Source of the DNA: Guillardia theta CCMP2712 | Taxonomy: Eukaryota; Protista; Cryptophyta | Direction of reading: 5' to 3' | Length of the DNA stretch: 64,000 bases | Assembly: GCF_000315625.1 (NCBI RefSeq) | Contig: NW_005434645.1 | Coordinates: 419,925-483,924, forward strand | In this document: one piece after another, positions 24,762 to 37,328 of the stretch | How positions within the stretch are numbered: the first letter of the stretch is position 1 | Layout: each line of letters opens with the position of its first letter | The notes under the pieces: model-generated | The model's database searches: none | What the model saw: the letters and a program-made list of their open reading frames with translations, nothing else | What the model was told of the DNA's origin: nothing | Made by a program: the position numbers and the translations under genes

Positions 24762-26132
24762 TTAGTTCTGTGATGTAGTTTGACATGGTCCGGGCCAGCG
24801 TTTGATCTCTCCTCTGGTCTTGACGATTTTCTGCTCGATCAGCTTGTCCAGAGAGTCTTCTCTTCGCTGCCGTGCTGACTGACTACAAGGCTTCTTGCCA
24901 CGCTTGTAATTGGAGTAGCAGGTGTTGCACAGCCGGTACTCCAGACAGCTGCTGACTCCTCCATCGCCATCGGCAGCCAGTTGCAGCTTGACATTCTGCC
25001 AGGCCTTGTTCTTGGGCCCGTTCTTTTCCCAGCGGCAGAACCCGCTCCCGCACGAGCTGACCCCCAGCAAGTCACCACGAACCTTCAACCCCACGGCCTC
25101 GTGACTCACCTGCAGGCGGGCAACATGACTTGCTCCATCCTGTCACAATGAGGGCAGTGCAGCGAGACAGACCAGCTGATTTTGTTGGCATCGTAGGAGT
25201 CGGTAACTACGCAGAGCTCGACGGCGCATCCAAGGGCGCGAGCGAGGCAGGTAAAGAGGAGCTCGTCCGACCTCACTCCGAGCCAACGCATCCTTTCCAA
25301 CTTGCGATGAGCGGGGGGATGATAGATGAGCATGCCGAGCATCTGCAAGGACGAACACGTCATGGCTCTCTCGGCGTGATGAGGAAGAGGAGCGTTAGCG
25401 CAAGAGGCATGCAGGAGGGGGACGAGGGGACGAGGGGCAGGGGACGGGTTGAGATCTCACCGCAGGCCCTAAATTCCTGATGCCATCCTCCTGCTCCAGT
25501 GCAGGCATCTCCTCTTTCAGCCAGGACAAGATACTCAGCTTAACACCCTCTTTGGTCAGTGTAGCAAGGACATGCTCCATTCTGGCCTCGTAACAAACCT
25601 TCCCGCACTTAATAGAATGTCTGATGATCCAACGAACAATCGCTGGGTCTGGACAGGACTGGAACTTTGCGATTGCCTGAGGCATTGGGAGCTGGCAAGG
25701 AGAGCTCCCAACAGGAGGCTGGATGTTGGGAAGGACAGGATCTTGCTCTTGCTCAACCGTCTGACTTGTTTGTTGTCCTTCGAACTCTCGTTCTAGATGC
25801 CTGCAAGGGTTCTTACCCGACCGAGCCGCCTTGTCTTGTTTGAAGTGCTCGCAGGTCCGCTTGCGGTGAGCCTGCATGTTGCCCGGGTGTATGTTCTCCT
25901 TGGGGCACGTCGGCGGGGTCTCTGAGAGGAAACGGGTCGAGCTTTGTGGAGACATCAGACCTTGGTCATCCTGATCTATGCAAGCATCTTTGTCGTCGTC
26001 GGGTCGTGAAGCAGTCTTATGTAAGAAACATTGATCAAATTCACATCTGCACTCTCCGAAAACAAGAAAGCAGAGTTCGGGTATCACACAATCCTCCTGC
26101 ATCCTGAAGAAAACGATTCGGTCAGACCGCAC
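24762..26132 (-). CDS. Hypothetical Cys-containing protein, multi-exon
   Basis: ORFs 25395-26132, 25106-25363 and 24762-25109 with plausible GT-AG junctions, and CPHC and CGSGFC...RLCNTC motifs. Confidence 0.35.
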
Positions 26133-29100
26133 AACACCACCCTACGTTTTATAACCAGCTTTTGCAATCGTGATAATATCCTCTGTGTACCCCAAACTCA
26201 AAGATGCTGATTAACGTCTACCCGCCATGGATGAAACCTGACTTGCCCTCCTCTGACCTGTTTCCTGTCCTCTTGTCGTTCTCTTCCTCTATCCCTCTCT
26301 CCATCTGCCATCGCTCCTTCCCTCTTCCTCCCCCGCTCCCTCCGCTGCTCGCGTCCACCTTCCGAAGCTTGAGGCGCCTCTTTGCCCCACCACTACCACC
26401 CCTACCTCCTCCACATGGGCATCTCTACCCTATCCTGCAAACCACCCTACCCCTGATTATGCCTGTAAATCACCCCATTGGTTGAGTCCACCCTGGTATT
26501 CCTGCATGACCCTCAAGGGGGTCCAGTCGAATGGAAATTTGAAAGACAGGGTGGTCATGTACATTTTGTTGGAAGTAGGCAGCATTGGGGGTAGGGGTGC
26601 AAATTGTGCGCGTTTTTCCACCCCTCCGCTACACTACATAGCCAATACCAGGGGTAGGGTAGTGGGCGGCTTCCGAAGCTCCATGGGTGGGTCCAAGGAA
26701 TGTGCGGCCATTCGTGATCAACTTCGGCAACTTCTTCGGTTGAGGCGAGCTCGCCCGGGCTCCGTGGCAGGCGCTCCGACCGTACTACGGCCGGCCCGGC
26801 GGTCCGTCACGGTCACCGTGTCACGGTGACGGATCGGACCGCCGCGCCGCCACGGCACTGAGCCTCGGAGACTAACGGCAGAGCTTCGGAGTCACTCCCG
26901 GCCCGCCGGCCGGTCCTCACTGCCGAGTTCCGAACTTGAACTGAGTCACCGAGTCTCTTCATCCAGTGACCGCCGGGGACCGTACGAGTCTCGGAGTGGC
27001 TTTCGAGTCCTCCTCAGGGCCTCCTCTGGGCCCGGCCGCTAAGAAGTTCCCCGTCGACCTTCCGAGTTCTTACTAAGTTCGCAAAAGAAGCCGCTGGGAT
27101 GATCCAACAGGCCCGGAAAGGAGCAACTTGTGCCGCAGTGTGCCACCGGCGGGTCAGCAACTTCACAAGGGCTCAGCACCTCAAAGTTTCATCAGAATAA
27201 ACCCGGCTTGCAACAACTTGGCATCGATGATCAATCCGACATCAAGTGATGGCGACGGCCGGCTTTCAAGTTTGCCAGCGGCTCCCCAATCCCAATATGG
27301 AGCGTCGCATGCGTGTCAACTTGCCGTTCAAGTTGCCACTCCGCTGCGACCCCCTCGGACACGCGGGGTCAAGTTGACCCATGGCAAATTTTCAGAACGG
27401 AGGGTCTGTGAAGGGCCGCTACCCCAGAACTTCGCAAATATTTGAAGTTGTTTCCAGTCCATCGGAGGACTTCAACTCTCCGAACTTCACGAACACAACC
27501 CCCACCCTGTTCAAGTTGGGACGACGGCTGAGAGCCCTGGAAAGAAGGGCTCAGCGGCTGACATCTGCAGCGGCTGAGCGCTGGTACGAATGATTGGCTG
27601 TGACAACTCTACCGATTGGTTTGTTCTCTCCTTATTACATTTGCATGTCACGACTGTAGATACGACGTTGATTGTGTTGCATCTCGAAACGATATCACTA
27701 CACTGTTAATTGTGTTCCATCTGGCTCAAAGTGGCGTAGACGTTTTGCAACCCGTTAGCCTTCGGGGTGTGAGATACTGCAGATTAAATGAAGCATGTTT
27801 ACTACGAACTAGAATCATTCTGATTTACTCACTCGTTTGAACTTGAAGGGCTTACAAAACTCGGGCTTCAAGAGAGGATGAGATTTCCGTCGGGGAGAGT
27901 CGTTGCACAAACAGTCATCGATGTATTTGGGAGAGGTACATTCCTCCTTCTCAGGGCAAGTTTCAAAATCATCATTCGTGATCAAGAAATTGACGACTTC
28001 ATAAATAGCACTCCAGACAAGCTGCAACAGCACGACTATGAAAGGAGATTTCGTGAAGGCATGTTTGGGATAGTTCGTTGGTCGTAGACTGTCAGCAGGC
28101 TGATGTTTGCTAGCGTTTTCAGGGTGTCTGCTCTCTGACCACTTGCAATGCTGGTGCGTGATATATCTCGGAAGGTCTTGATGGGAAGCCTCGTGGGACG
28201 TCCGCGCTGAAGTGTATGGCCCATGTTGTACATCCAATTGACTGGCTCGGGTGCCTGCTGGCATCGAATTCCACCGGCGCGTGAAGCAGGTAAGAAATGA
28301 GTGCTGGCAATGGCAAATATGACAAGATCTGTATAGAAGAGAAGAGGTGAGGCCCAGGGTTTGAATCCGAAGCAGAGGCTTGCTGGAGAACGAGAGCTCG
28401 AGAACACTGGGAATGATTAGAATGAAATGCCGAGCAAGCCACGAGCTGGCGCACTGAGTAGGGGAGGTAATCTTGAAAGAACAAACAACTAGCAAAGAAA
28501 ACGAAGATGCAGCAGATAGGAGGGATAGAGCTGGATGGCGGCAACGACCGTAAGGGGAGAGAGGGAGGCCTTCGGGTTGTCGTGTACAGCTCCAACTCCT
28601 TGCAACTTGGCGCTGCAGTAAAGATGTTTGCCTGTCAGCACATGTTTGTTTTTATGATTTGAATGATTCCAAAATGATGAAAGTTGACAGAGTGAGTCCC
28701 GATCACCCCTCCTTTGCACCCTCTCAATCAGAAACGGTACCCCAGGGGTAGGTGGTCAGACTGAAGCCCCAGAGAGTCAAGTGGCTCGTGACCGTGACTC
28801 TTCGAGGCTATAACTGACGCGCATGCGGACGCATCGTAGCAGCGCCACGTGATCGGTCCGGAATGAGCCGATGATCCGCCGCCTCGGATGAAAAACGGTC
28901 CGAGCGGCGGCTCAACTCAGTGACTTTCACTTTCACTGCGGATCTTCAATCTTACTGAATCAGTGCCACATGTCGGATATATCTTGAAAGTTTTTACTCA
29001 ACTTGCTTGCAAACACTGTGCCATGCCATCATCGGCCGCCCCGGCGGCGCCCCGGCGGCCCGCCGGTTCACGGTTGGCCCAGTCAGGCCCAAGGCCGTCA

Positions 29101-29861
29101 CCTCAGGCGGCCGGCCGCCGCGGCCCGCCGCGCCGCCGCTGTGACGCGCGGCCCCGTCCGACGGATCGGACGGTGCTCGTCATCCGGGCTCGGACTCCGC
29201 GCTGCGCCGGGCGGGCGGCGGTCACCGCCGCGCCCGGCGGGCGGAAACCACACGGACTGCCGTAAGTAGACAGTGATAGCACCGACTGCAAGTTTCTGTA
29301 GCAGTGGTAATAGATATCACGAATGGCCGCGCAGGAAAGATATCAGGATGCAGAGAACAAACGGAGGTGACTCGATAAGAGATTGGTATGGATGGTCAAG
29401 CTTGTTTACTTCAAGCGGCTGAGCAATCCAGTCTCACAGAGACTATACACCTCGTTCTCCTTTCCCTGTCCTGCCAATCATTGCGTGCGGCCCTTCTTCC
29501 GGGAGTCTTCCTCGGTCCCTAAAATAGGGACTGCTTGGTCCTAGGAACTACGACTACCGGTACTCTACGCTTCTTCAAGATCTGCGATATGATTCTTCGA
29601 CCGGTCCGAGGCCTGGTTCCGTACCTTGAGGGTCCCCTGACTCAGTGAGAAAGAGTCATAGGCTTGACATGACGAGGTCTTCGATTCTCATCCAATGCTC
29701 TCTGTGAAGTTGATGTAGCTGCTCCCTTGACCTTGACAGGTCCTGTGTCTCCGTAGGAGCATGCTTGGAGGTGGTCTCGTGCATTCCTTGTATGTCCTCC
29801 GCTAAGATGATCATGATAGTACTGTCTTCTTTGATCAGACCCCTTGTTCTCCCATGTCCAT

Positions 29862-30250
29862 TGATGTTGCACCCGCATGACGTTACGTCAGTAACGGACA
29901 TGGCAGCATCATGCGAGTAGTCGCAAGAGGCTACGTACGCTGGCGAGGTGTATAATGCTAGAATCGAAGATGTGTACTGGACGTAGACGTACGTACAACA
30001 CATTGGTATGATGAAAGCATGAGGCTGGTATAAACCGATACACATGTTTACTCATTGCTGTATTACGGGTTAAGCCTGACCTCGACATATAAGCAACCCA
30101 TCTTAGACGTTGGCCACGTCATCGGAATGGGATTGCACGAACATTGACGTGTGTTCTCTTACTGCTGTACATAAACAAATCTAGCTTCATTGTTCATCTG
30201 TTCTACTCCTAAGTGCACTATCGCTCAGTTGCTGGACTATACCCGCATCA
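29862..30250 (+). repeat. 5' LTR (389 bp)
   Basis: TGATG...CATCA termini. Matches 37329-37716 except for block 30035-30059. Confidence 0.96.
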
Positions 30251-30280
30251 GGTTATAAAAGCCTCGCGTTAAAGGAACAG

Positions 30281-33200
30281 ATGTCACCATACCGTCTACA
30301 ATGGCCGCCAATCAATCAGCCTCAGGACTCGATGATTACAGCAGTAACACCCGAGAATATGCAAAGACTTGCCCCAGATATCGAGAACTTTATACAGTTC
30401 GAGTTGATAGGGCAATACTATGCATACCTCAACTCTGAAGGGAATCCAGAAAACATGAGAGCCTACTTCGACTGTCATTTTCCCATCAGAGATACTCAAT
30501 CAGAAGAATTACAGGAAAACATGAGACAGAAAAGGAGAGAATTTGTACGAGAAGCAGATGCTGCTTTGACGCAAATCCTCCACACTGTTTACATGCAATG
30601 CCCTGGCAGGATTCAGATTCTGAAAGCCCACATGGAAGAAGAACACAAATCCCCCGAGACGCCTACAAAGCTTTGCTTAGCTGGGATCAAGGCATGGACA
30701 GACTTTAAAAGACTAGACAAGCCAACCGAAGCAACAAAAGCTGAACAGACCCTTGCCAATCTCAAAGAACTAGAGCAAGCAGTAATCTACAACGGAGACT
30801 ACCAGAGTTACATCCCCAATGTGGTTAGGACCTTGAAGAAATTTGCTTCACAAGGCAAAGACTGCACTTTTATCTACACCCGTGCTTTCAAAGACGTTAT
30901 CGACAACCTCAGAGCAATCGACGAAACGGGCGTTCAAGCAGAACTAGGTAGTTGGATAACATCTCAAATCCATCGCAACGCAACGGAAGAAAATTTCTTC
31001 TACGAAGGAGAGCCACAGATTGAAGATTTTTTGAAATTCCATCAACATATGATGAACTTCACTACCAGAGGCACGAAACACCCAATACCTATCCTTCAAG
31101 CAGGACAAGAAAGCTCTGGCAAGAAATCAACAGAAGCACATCATTCAGGTCAGAAACGAAAGGCGAACGCCGTGTTTTCAGCCTCCATCAAGCAAAACAA
31201 TACACCACAGAAAATCAGGAGACAACAACAAGAAAACTTTACTGGATGCAAAATCTGCAAAGAAAAACGACTTCCAGCAAGGATTTCTCTCAGTCACGCT
31301 ACCAGCGAGCATGACGCATCTAGGATCGGAGAAAGAGCCACTGGCAATAAAACAGCGCCAACCATGAAGAGGATCACAGGAAGCATTTCAACCGGTTTTC
31401 AGACAAGGGCAGGAAGATCCGCAAAATTTACCGCCAAGAGTCATCGCTCGTCGAACCCAAACCGTTCAAACGAGGAGAGCGGACAATACCCGAAGTCAAA
31501 ATACAAGCAAACAGTCAGCATCGACAAGAAGGTCCTCGTGAACCTCACAAAAGCGCTGCAAGAAGCCACCTCTACCGACCAAACCGAAACCCAAGAATCC
31601 GTTCAAGAATCACCTAGCAGTGATGAAGACGAATCCGATGAACCGTCCTCATCTCGAACACCTCCGAAACGACTGAAAGAAGTCGTAAAAGAGACGTTCC
31701 GAGGCACACTAGGACGCAGTTCTAGAAAGAATAAATCTCCCAAGGAGTATCCCTGTTCTAAAAATTATGTTGTATATCAAAGTGATACCAGGTCGAAAAC
31801 TGACGAGATCCAACTGCACAAGCTTGATGCAGCTCTGTTCTCAAAAGTTTCAAAACCATGGTACCTTGAATACATCTTTCATATACCCAGACTACTGATC
31901 AGGAACACTGATCGGTATCAAGTTTTCCTACACGCGTTAAAAGCGAAAGAACAACAAGAGTCCCTGTACGCTATTGTCGACTCAGGTGCAACGGTAAGCG
32001 TACTCTGCAATCCAAGTTGGTTACAGAGATCGTTTACACACAAAACTGAGATCACCGGCGTGGGGGGCAGCAAGATCAATACATCGCTCGGAGGAATTCT
32101 AGCAGGAACGATAGCATCAATCGAAGGAAAACGTTTTGCATTTGCAACTATAGCAACAGTAATCAGCGACGAAAATGCTAAAATCAACCTGTTATCCATC
32201 TGGCGAATTACAAATAGTGGACACACAATAATCCACAAAGGTAAACCAGAAGGAGGACTACACGGAATCATTACACTCAACAATGAATTTATACCTTTCT
32301 ACTTCTGCCCAAGCACCTACCTATGGTACGTCGAAATTCAAAGACCAAACAGGAAGACCAATAAGATAATCTCCAAGCTATCAGCAAAAACCATCTGGGA
32401 TAAAGACACAATTCTCAGAGAAATTCAAGAAGGCGAAATACCACTCACGGCAACAATCAAGGAGTCAACACAAACGACAAATACACAAAGTACATCAAAA
32501 CGCAGAATCCACCTGATCATCCACGGCGCAAGACTGGAGAGCGTACCTCGTTGGGGGGGAAGCATCCACATCTACCAAGCTGCGATGCAGGGGGAGAGCA
32601 CAACTTCGGCAACAGCTTTCAAGCCCACGCACATGAAGACCTTTCCTATCAGCATGCGAGATGTACGACCTGAATTAGACACGTCAGAAGAGTCAGACAG
32701 TGAAAATGGAGAGACCTTGGACAGTTGCAGCAGCTCCGATGACGAGCTGATGACTACTGACAACACTCCATTAGAATCTGCAAGACAATTCACGACGGAA
32801 GAGATTCAACAGCAAACCAAGGAGTATCTCAACGATCCAAGATCATTTACAGATTTTGACGACTTTACAAACACAACGATCGAAGAACTTGACGAAAACG
32901 ACAAGGAATACGAAGAACAATTGAAGAATGACAAATCAGATCTCAAGAATATTTACCTATATTCAACGGGAGAACGCATCAAAGGAACAAGAGCATCAGC
33001 GATTCTGCTCAAGTGGCACGTAAGAACCAACCACATCGGCAAGAAATACCTTTTCCAACTGGCAGAAAACATCGAAGGCATGGAGGAATTGAAGAGAATC
33101 AATCCAAAAACACCCCTGCCGACATGTCACACATGCCGCAGAGCGAAAACCAAGGCAGCTCCATTACCAAAATTCAGACACAAAAGATCCGATGTCAGAT

Positions 33201-36200
33201 TTCACAGGCTGCATGGGGATATGAGCTCCTATCGAGTCCGCTCGATCGAAGGAGCAAAGTACCTCCAACTCTGGAAAGACGACTTCTCAGGATTCAAGAT
33301 GCCTGTAGGTTTAGCGAGCAAGAAAGGTTACAGGAAATCGTTACGACTTGTTGTCACGAGATTCAACAATGGGGTCTACCCCAAAGTGATTCGAGTTGAC
33401 AATGGGAGCGAAATGGTTTCAAAGAAATCACTGAAGATGTACGAGAAGCACAACATCCACCTAGAAAGAAGCGCACCATATGAGCATTGGCAAAATGGAA
33501 GAGCTGAATCTGGAATCTACTCGTTAGATACAAGGACTAGATTGGCAATCGTACACTCAAACGTTCCGAAAAATCTCTGGCTCAGCGCTATATATTACAA
33601 CGCAGAGATCGAGAATGCATTCCTTCCTACCAGCAGAAACTCAAACATCAGTTGCTACCAAGCGTTTACAGGTACATCACCAAACGCAGAACACTTCCAT
33701 CCATTCGGTTGCCTCTGCTACGTTCATATCCTAAAGGACAGAAGATTAGATCAAAAGAAAGACAAAAAACTCGAGCCAACAGCAGAAGTTTGCGTGTTTC
33801 TTGGCTTCGCCCACCACCTAGGAATGAAAGGTTATTTGGCAGCAGCACTGAATGGGAAACAACTGTACGTCACACAGAACAATATAAGTTTCAACGAAGA
33901 AGTATTCCCCTACAGATTTTCTCACCCGGAGGACAGATCTTGGAAAATACCATACGGCGGAACTGATGATTTTGGCGACGACAACGTCATTGTGCTCAAA
34001 AGAGCCGGTGAACGATTGATCGAAATGTCAGATACATCAGACGCATCAGATTCAGAATCTGAAGATGCCGGTGGAAACTCCAGCGCCCAACCTGAAGAAA
34101 GAAATCGACGACCGTTTGCAGATCAACAACATGGCATAGCACACAATGATCCCATGGTGATCCAAGTGAGGCAACAAGCTATTGAAGTTGACAACCATCT
34201 CACGAGAACCTGTTCTGAGACATCAGTTGTAAGAGAGAGTGATATCACACAAGACGAACAAGTAGCGGTGGATCCAGGACTATCAGAAAGAGGGCACATG
34301 AACCGTGAACTAGCCAGTCTTCAAGTCGAAACCTACAACAGTGGTGAAAAGGATTTTGAGTGGGATAAACTCACCCAAATACCTGAACATCAACTGAGGT
34401 CAGGACGAATTGTACAGAAGACGAATGTGGACACACCGACAAGTGATTCAGACCACGAAGACAATGATCTTCCAGCAGGAATTGAAGAGTTCGACAATCA
34501 AGACTTCATCAATGCGACACTACTTCCATCAGGAAGCACACTAGAGTTCCTTACGAACCTGGGCATCCCTTATCAAGATCGCACCTTAACGAAGCGACAA
34601 TACTGTGGAGTACTTGTCGACACATACAATAACCTGGAAGAGAAAATCATGACATGGTCACACGGGCCACCACAACGAAACATGTACAACGAAAATCATT
34701 ACAACGAAGAAATCGACAGCTTGATGTCTTTTCTTCAAGGATGCAAGAAAGATGAAAGAAGAGAATCAAGGATACAAAAAGCTCAACTATTCTACACAGG
34801 CATGTTGTCGGCAACCAGCCATATCGCGTTTGACAATGACGAACCAAGCATCAAAGAAGCTCTCAACAACAACAACCCAGAGAGACACCATTGGATAACA
34901 GCAATTCAGTCAGAGGCACGATCATGGAACGGACTAAAAGTATTCGAAGAAGTCGACAACATCCCAGACGGAAGAAAGGCAATCGGATGCAGAATCATCC
35001 TTAAAAGGAAAAGAGGACCGAATGGAGAAGTATTGAAATACAAGGCAAGAGCGATCATACAAGGTTACAACGCGGTACAAGGGATCGATTACCTCGACTC
35101 CTTCTCAGCGACAGCGAACCCAGTTACGATCAGACTCCTTCTGACAATCGCCAGAGCAAACAAATGGCACGTCAGATGTCAAGATATCTCAACTGCATAC
35201 CTGATGGCACCACTTCCTACAGTTGTATATATCAGGACCCCAAAGGAATTTCAAGAGTTCTGCAACATTAGAGCAGCATACTTGAAGATCCTGAGTTCAG
35301 TCTATGGACTTCCTTCATCAGGTCGAAACTTCTGGAAGAAGCTCTGCCAAGACCTACGCGATTTCGGTTTCAAAGCCTGCACGTCAGATGATTGTTTGTT
35401 TCTATATCATGACGAGCAAGGGGGAGAGATCATCATCGCATTAGTAGTCGACGACATCATCCAAGCTAGCAACAGCCAAGCACTATTTGCAAAGTTCGAC
35501 GACTTCATGATGAACACAAAAGGATACAGCGTAACAACTGACAACGATCTTAGCTTCTATCTGGGAGTCGCGTACAAGAGGGACGAAGCTGGAGACTTCA
35601 TCAGCAACCAGCAAGCGTACATCGAAAAATGTTTGAAAAGATTTAACCTTGAGGGGATCGACCCTACAGGGAAATTCACCACGCCAATGGATCCCAAGTT
35701 CGTGATCGAACCAGAAGACGTTGATCCGCACGCGCCTGAAGACTTAGTCAAAATTTACAGAAGCCAAGTAGCAAGTCTGATATACATAGCAACATGGTCA
35801 AGACCAGAAATCAGCTATGCAGTATCATTGCTATCAAGATATCTCACAAGTCCTACGAAGAAACTGTTAATGGCAGTGCACAGAGTATACGCTTATCTCA
35901 AGAACACCAAGACACTAGGAATCAGATACACCGACAACGATGACAACGGACACAAGAAAATGGAACTAGTCGCATTCTGCGATAGCTCAGACGCCGATTG
36001 CAAGCTCACAAGCAGATCAACCGGTGGATACGTCATTTTCCTCAATGGGACACCAATCTCATGGAAATCAGCAAGACACAACACAGTCTCACTGTCTACC
36101 ATGGAAAGCGAATACATCCAAAGCACGCTTACAGCTATCGAGATTTTGTACTTGCGAGAGACGCTCGAGTTCATGGGATACAAGCAACCTACGACGATAT

Positions 36201-36460
36201 GCTATCAAGACAACGCCGCCTGCATCAAGCTCAGCGAGAATCCCGTCAGCAAGAGCAGATCGAAACACATCAAGAGAAGACACCACTTCATACGACAATG
36301 CGTTGCCAACAAGGAGATCACCTTGGAAGCAATTCATACAAGCGAGCAAGTTGCTGATATATTCACAAAACCGCTGCCCGCTGATCAGTTTCTCTACCTA
36401 AGAGACCAACTGTTGAACCTCCCTGAAGCAATACGCTATCAAAGGAAAACAAAAAAGTAA
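30281..36460 (+). CDS. Copia gag-pol polyprotein (2059 aa)
   Basis: Protease IVDSGAT; integrase WHVRTNH..CHTC with HGD / RVDNGSE / NGRAE; RT YKARAIIQG, QDISTAYL, YGLPSSGRNFW, LVVDD; RNase H FCDSSDA, SKHI, EQVADIFTK. Confidence 0.97.
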   Translation: MSPYRLQWPPINQPQDSMITAVTPENMQRLAPDIENFIQFELIGQYYAYLNSEGNPENMRAYFDCHFPIRDTQSEELQENMRQKRREFVREADAALTQILHTVYMQCPGRIQILKAHMEEEHKSPETPTKLCLAGIKAWTDFKRLDKPTEATKAEQTLANLKELEQAVIYNGDYQSYIPNVVRTLKKFASQGKDCTFIYTRAFKDVIDNLRAIDETGVQAELGSWITSQIHRNATEENFFYEGEPQIEDFLKFHQHMMNFTTRGTKHPIPILQAGQESSGKKSTEAHHSGQKRKANAVFSASIKQNNTPQKIRRQQQENFTGCKICKEKRLPARISLSHATSEHDASRIGERATGNKTAPTMKRITGSISTGFQTRAGRSAKFTAKSHRSSNPNRSNEESGQYPKSKYKQTVSIDKKVLVNLTKALQEATSTDQTETQESVQESPSSDEDESDEPSSSRTPPKRLKEVVKETFRGTLGRSSRKNKSPKEYPCSKNYVVYQSDTRSKTDEIQLHKLDAALFSKVSKPWYLEYIFHIPRLLIRNTDRYQVFLHALKAKEQQESLYAIVDSGATVSVLCNPSWLQRSFTHKTEITGVGGSKINTSLGGILAGTIASIEGKRFAFATIATVISDENAKINLLSIWRITNSGHTIIHKGKPEGGLHGIITLNNEFIPFYFCPSTYLWYVEIQRPNRKTNKIISKLSAKTIWDKDTILREIQEGEIPLTATIKESTQTTNTQSTSKRRIHLIIHGARLESVPRWGGSIHIYQAAMQGESTTSATAFKPTHMKTFPISMRDVRPELDTSEESDSENGETLDSCSSSDDELMTTDNTPLESARQFTTEEIQQQTKEYLNDPRSFTDFDDFTNTTIEELDENDKEYEEQLKNDKSDLKNIYLYSTGERIKGTRASAILLKWHVRTNHIGKKYLFQLAENIEGMEELKRINPKTPLPTCHTCRRAKTKAAPLPKFRHKRSDVRFHRLHGDMSSYRVRSIEGAKYLQLWKDDFSGFKMPVGLASKKGYRKSLRLVVTRFNNGVYPKVIRVDNGSEMVSKKSLKMYEKHNIHLERSAPYEHWQNGRAESGIYSLDTRTRLAIVHSNVPKNLWLSAIYYNAEIENAFLPTSRNSNISCYQAFTGTSPNAEHFHPFGCLCYVHILKDRRLDQKKDKKLEPTAEVCVFLGFAHHLGMKGYLAAALNGKQLYVTQNNISFNEEVFPYRFSHPEDRSWKIPYGGTDDFGDDNVIVLKRAGERLIEMSDTSDASDSESEDAGGNSSAQPEERNRRPFADQQHGIAHNDPMVIQVRQQAIEVDNHLTRTCSETSVVRESDITQDEQVAVDPGLSERGHMNRELASLQVETYNSGEKDFEWDKLTQIPEHQLRSGRIVQKTNVDTPTSDSDHEDNDLPAGIEEFDNQDFINATLLPSGSTLEFLTNLGIPYQDRTLTKRQYCGVLVDTYNNLEEKIMTWSHGPPQRNMYNENHYNEEIDSLMSFLQGCKKDERRESRIQKAQLFYTGMLSATSHIAFDNDEPSIKEALNNNNPERHHWITAIQSEARSWNGLKVFEEVDNIPDGRKAIGCRIILKRKRGPNGEVLKYKARAIIQGYNAVQGIDYLDSFSATANPVTIRLLLTIARANKWHVRCQDISTAYLMAPLPTVVYIRTPKEFQEFCNIRAAYLKILSSVYGLPSSGRNFWKKLCQDLRDFGFKACTSDDCLFLYHDEQGGEIIIALVVDDIIQASNSQALFAKFDDFMMNTKGYSVTTDNDLSFYLGVAYKRDEAGDFISNQQAYIEKCLKRFNLEGIDPTGKFTTPMDPKFVIEPEDVDPHAPEDLVKIYRSQVASLIYIATWSRPEISYAVSLLSRYLTSPTKKLLMAVHRVYAYLKNTKTLGIRYTDNDDNGHKKMELVAFCDSSDADCKLTSRSTGGYVIFLNGTPISWKSARHNTVSLSTMESEYIQSTLTAIEILYLRETLEFMGYKQPTTICYQDNAACIKLSENPVSKSRSKHIKRRHHFIRQCVANKEITLEAIHTSEQVADIFTKPLPADQFLYLRDQLLNLPEAIRYQRKTKK

Positions 36461-37328
36461 TTCATACGATGATTACCTTTGGTAATTTTCAAAATGAATA
36501 AACTTTTCTCAAACTTGTCTAAGATCCTTCGAAGGACAAAGACACATACGCGAAGTGCTGAGCGCCTCTGGACTGTTCTAGTACCAGGGAGTAGCATAGT
36601 ACAAGCGAAACCATAAGCATGTGGCACAACTTGAGCATCCCTGGGGCATTGCGACTTCAGTGGGTAGTGATAGTTGCTTGCAAACGCAAATGGACATGGG
36701 AGAAAGGAGTAAGAGTTTCATAGCACAGCTTCCCCATAGTGCATGGGCTGATATGGTGACATGGAAACATGATTGCTAATCAGGGCGATGGCGCGTAACA
36801 TGATTTCTTTTGAAACATGGAAACGTACTCTTCGTTAACTCACTACGTGGGTAACCGGCGTGTAGCAAAATGCTGCATAGCTGCTCTAAACTTCCATTGA
36901 AGCTAGTTGATGATGCGAAAAGCTACATCAGGGTTTGGAATTGCTTACCCCACACAATCAGCAGTGTGTGAAAGGCAATCCAACGTCTCGTTACCTCAAA
37001 AATGCTACACGCAATTCCTCACGTGCATCCACAAAATGCTACGAAGGAAACGTAAAAGCATGTGGAAACGACGTGTTATGCTCACTGAAAGGCATATGAA
37101 TGCATGTATGACTTTGGAACCTATGTCATTTGCTGAAACGTACTGGGAACTCACCGTCCTGGGCCACATTTGCATTTTGGCTTTCTGCCATTTTCGCATT
37201 TTGTTGGTTAGTTCGCGAAGAGACAAAGGGAGACCCTCATACAGCACCAGAATCGTTGGGTCGGTCCCGGTGTTGCATAAATCAATGCTCTCACGCAGTG
37301 ACGACACTGAGTTTCGAGCAAGGGGGAG

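Noticed and set aside
27794-27803. CATGTTTACT match to the 5' LTR variable block
   Set aside because: Only 10 nt and ~2.2 kb away, compatible with chance.
27700-28600. Minus-strand 226-aa ORF or small spliced membrane-protein gene
   Set aside because: Competing frames and no motif, so no call is supportable.
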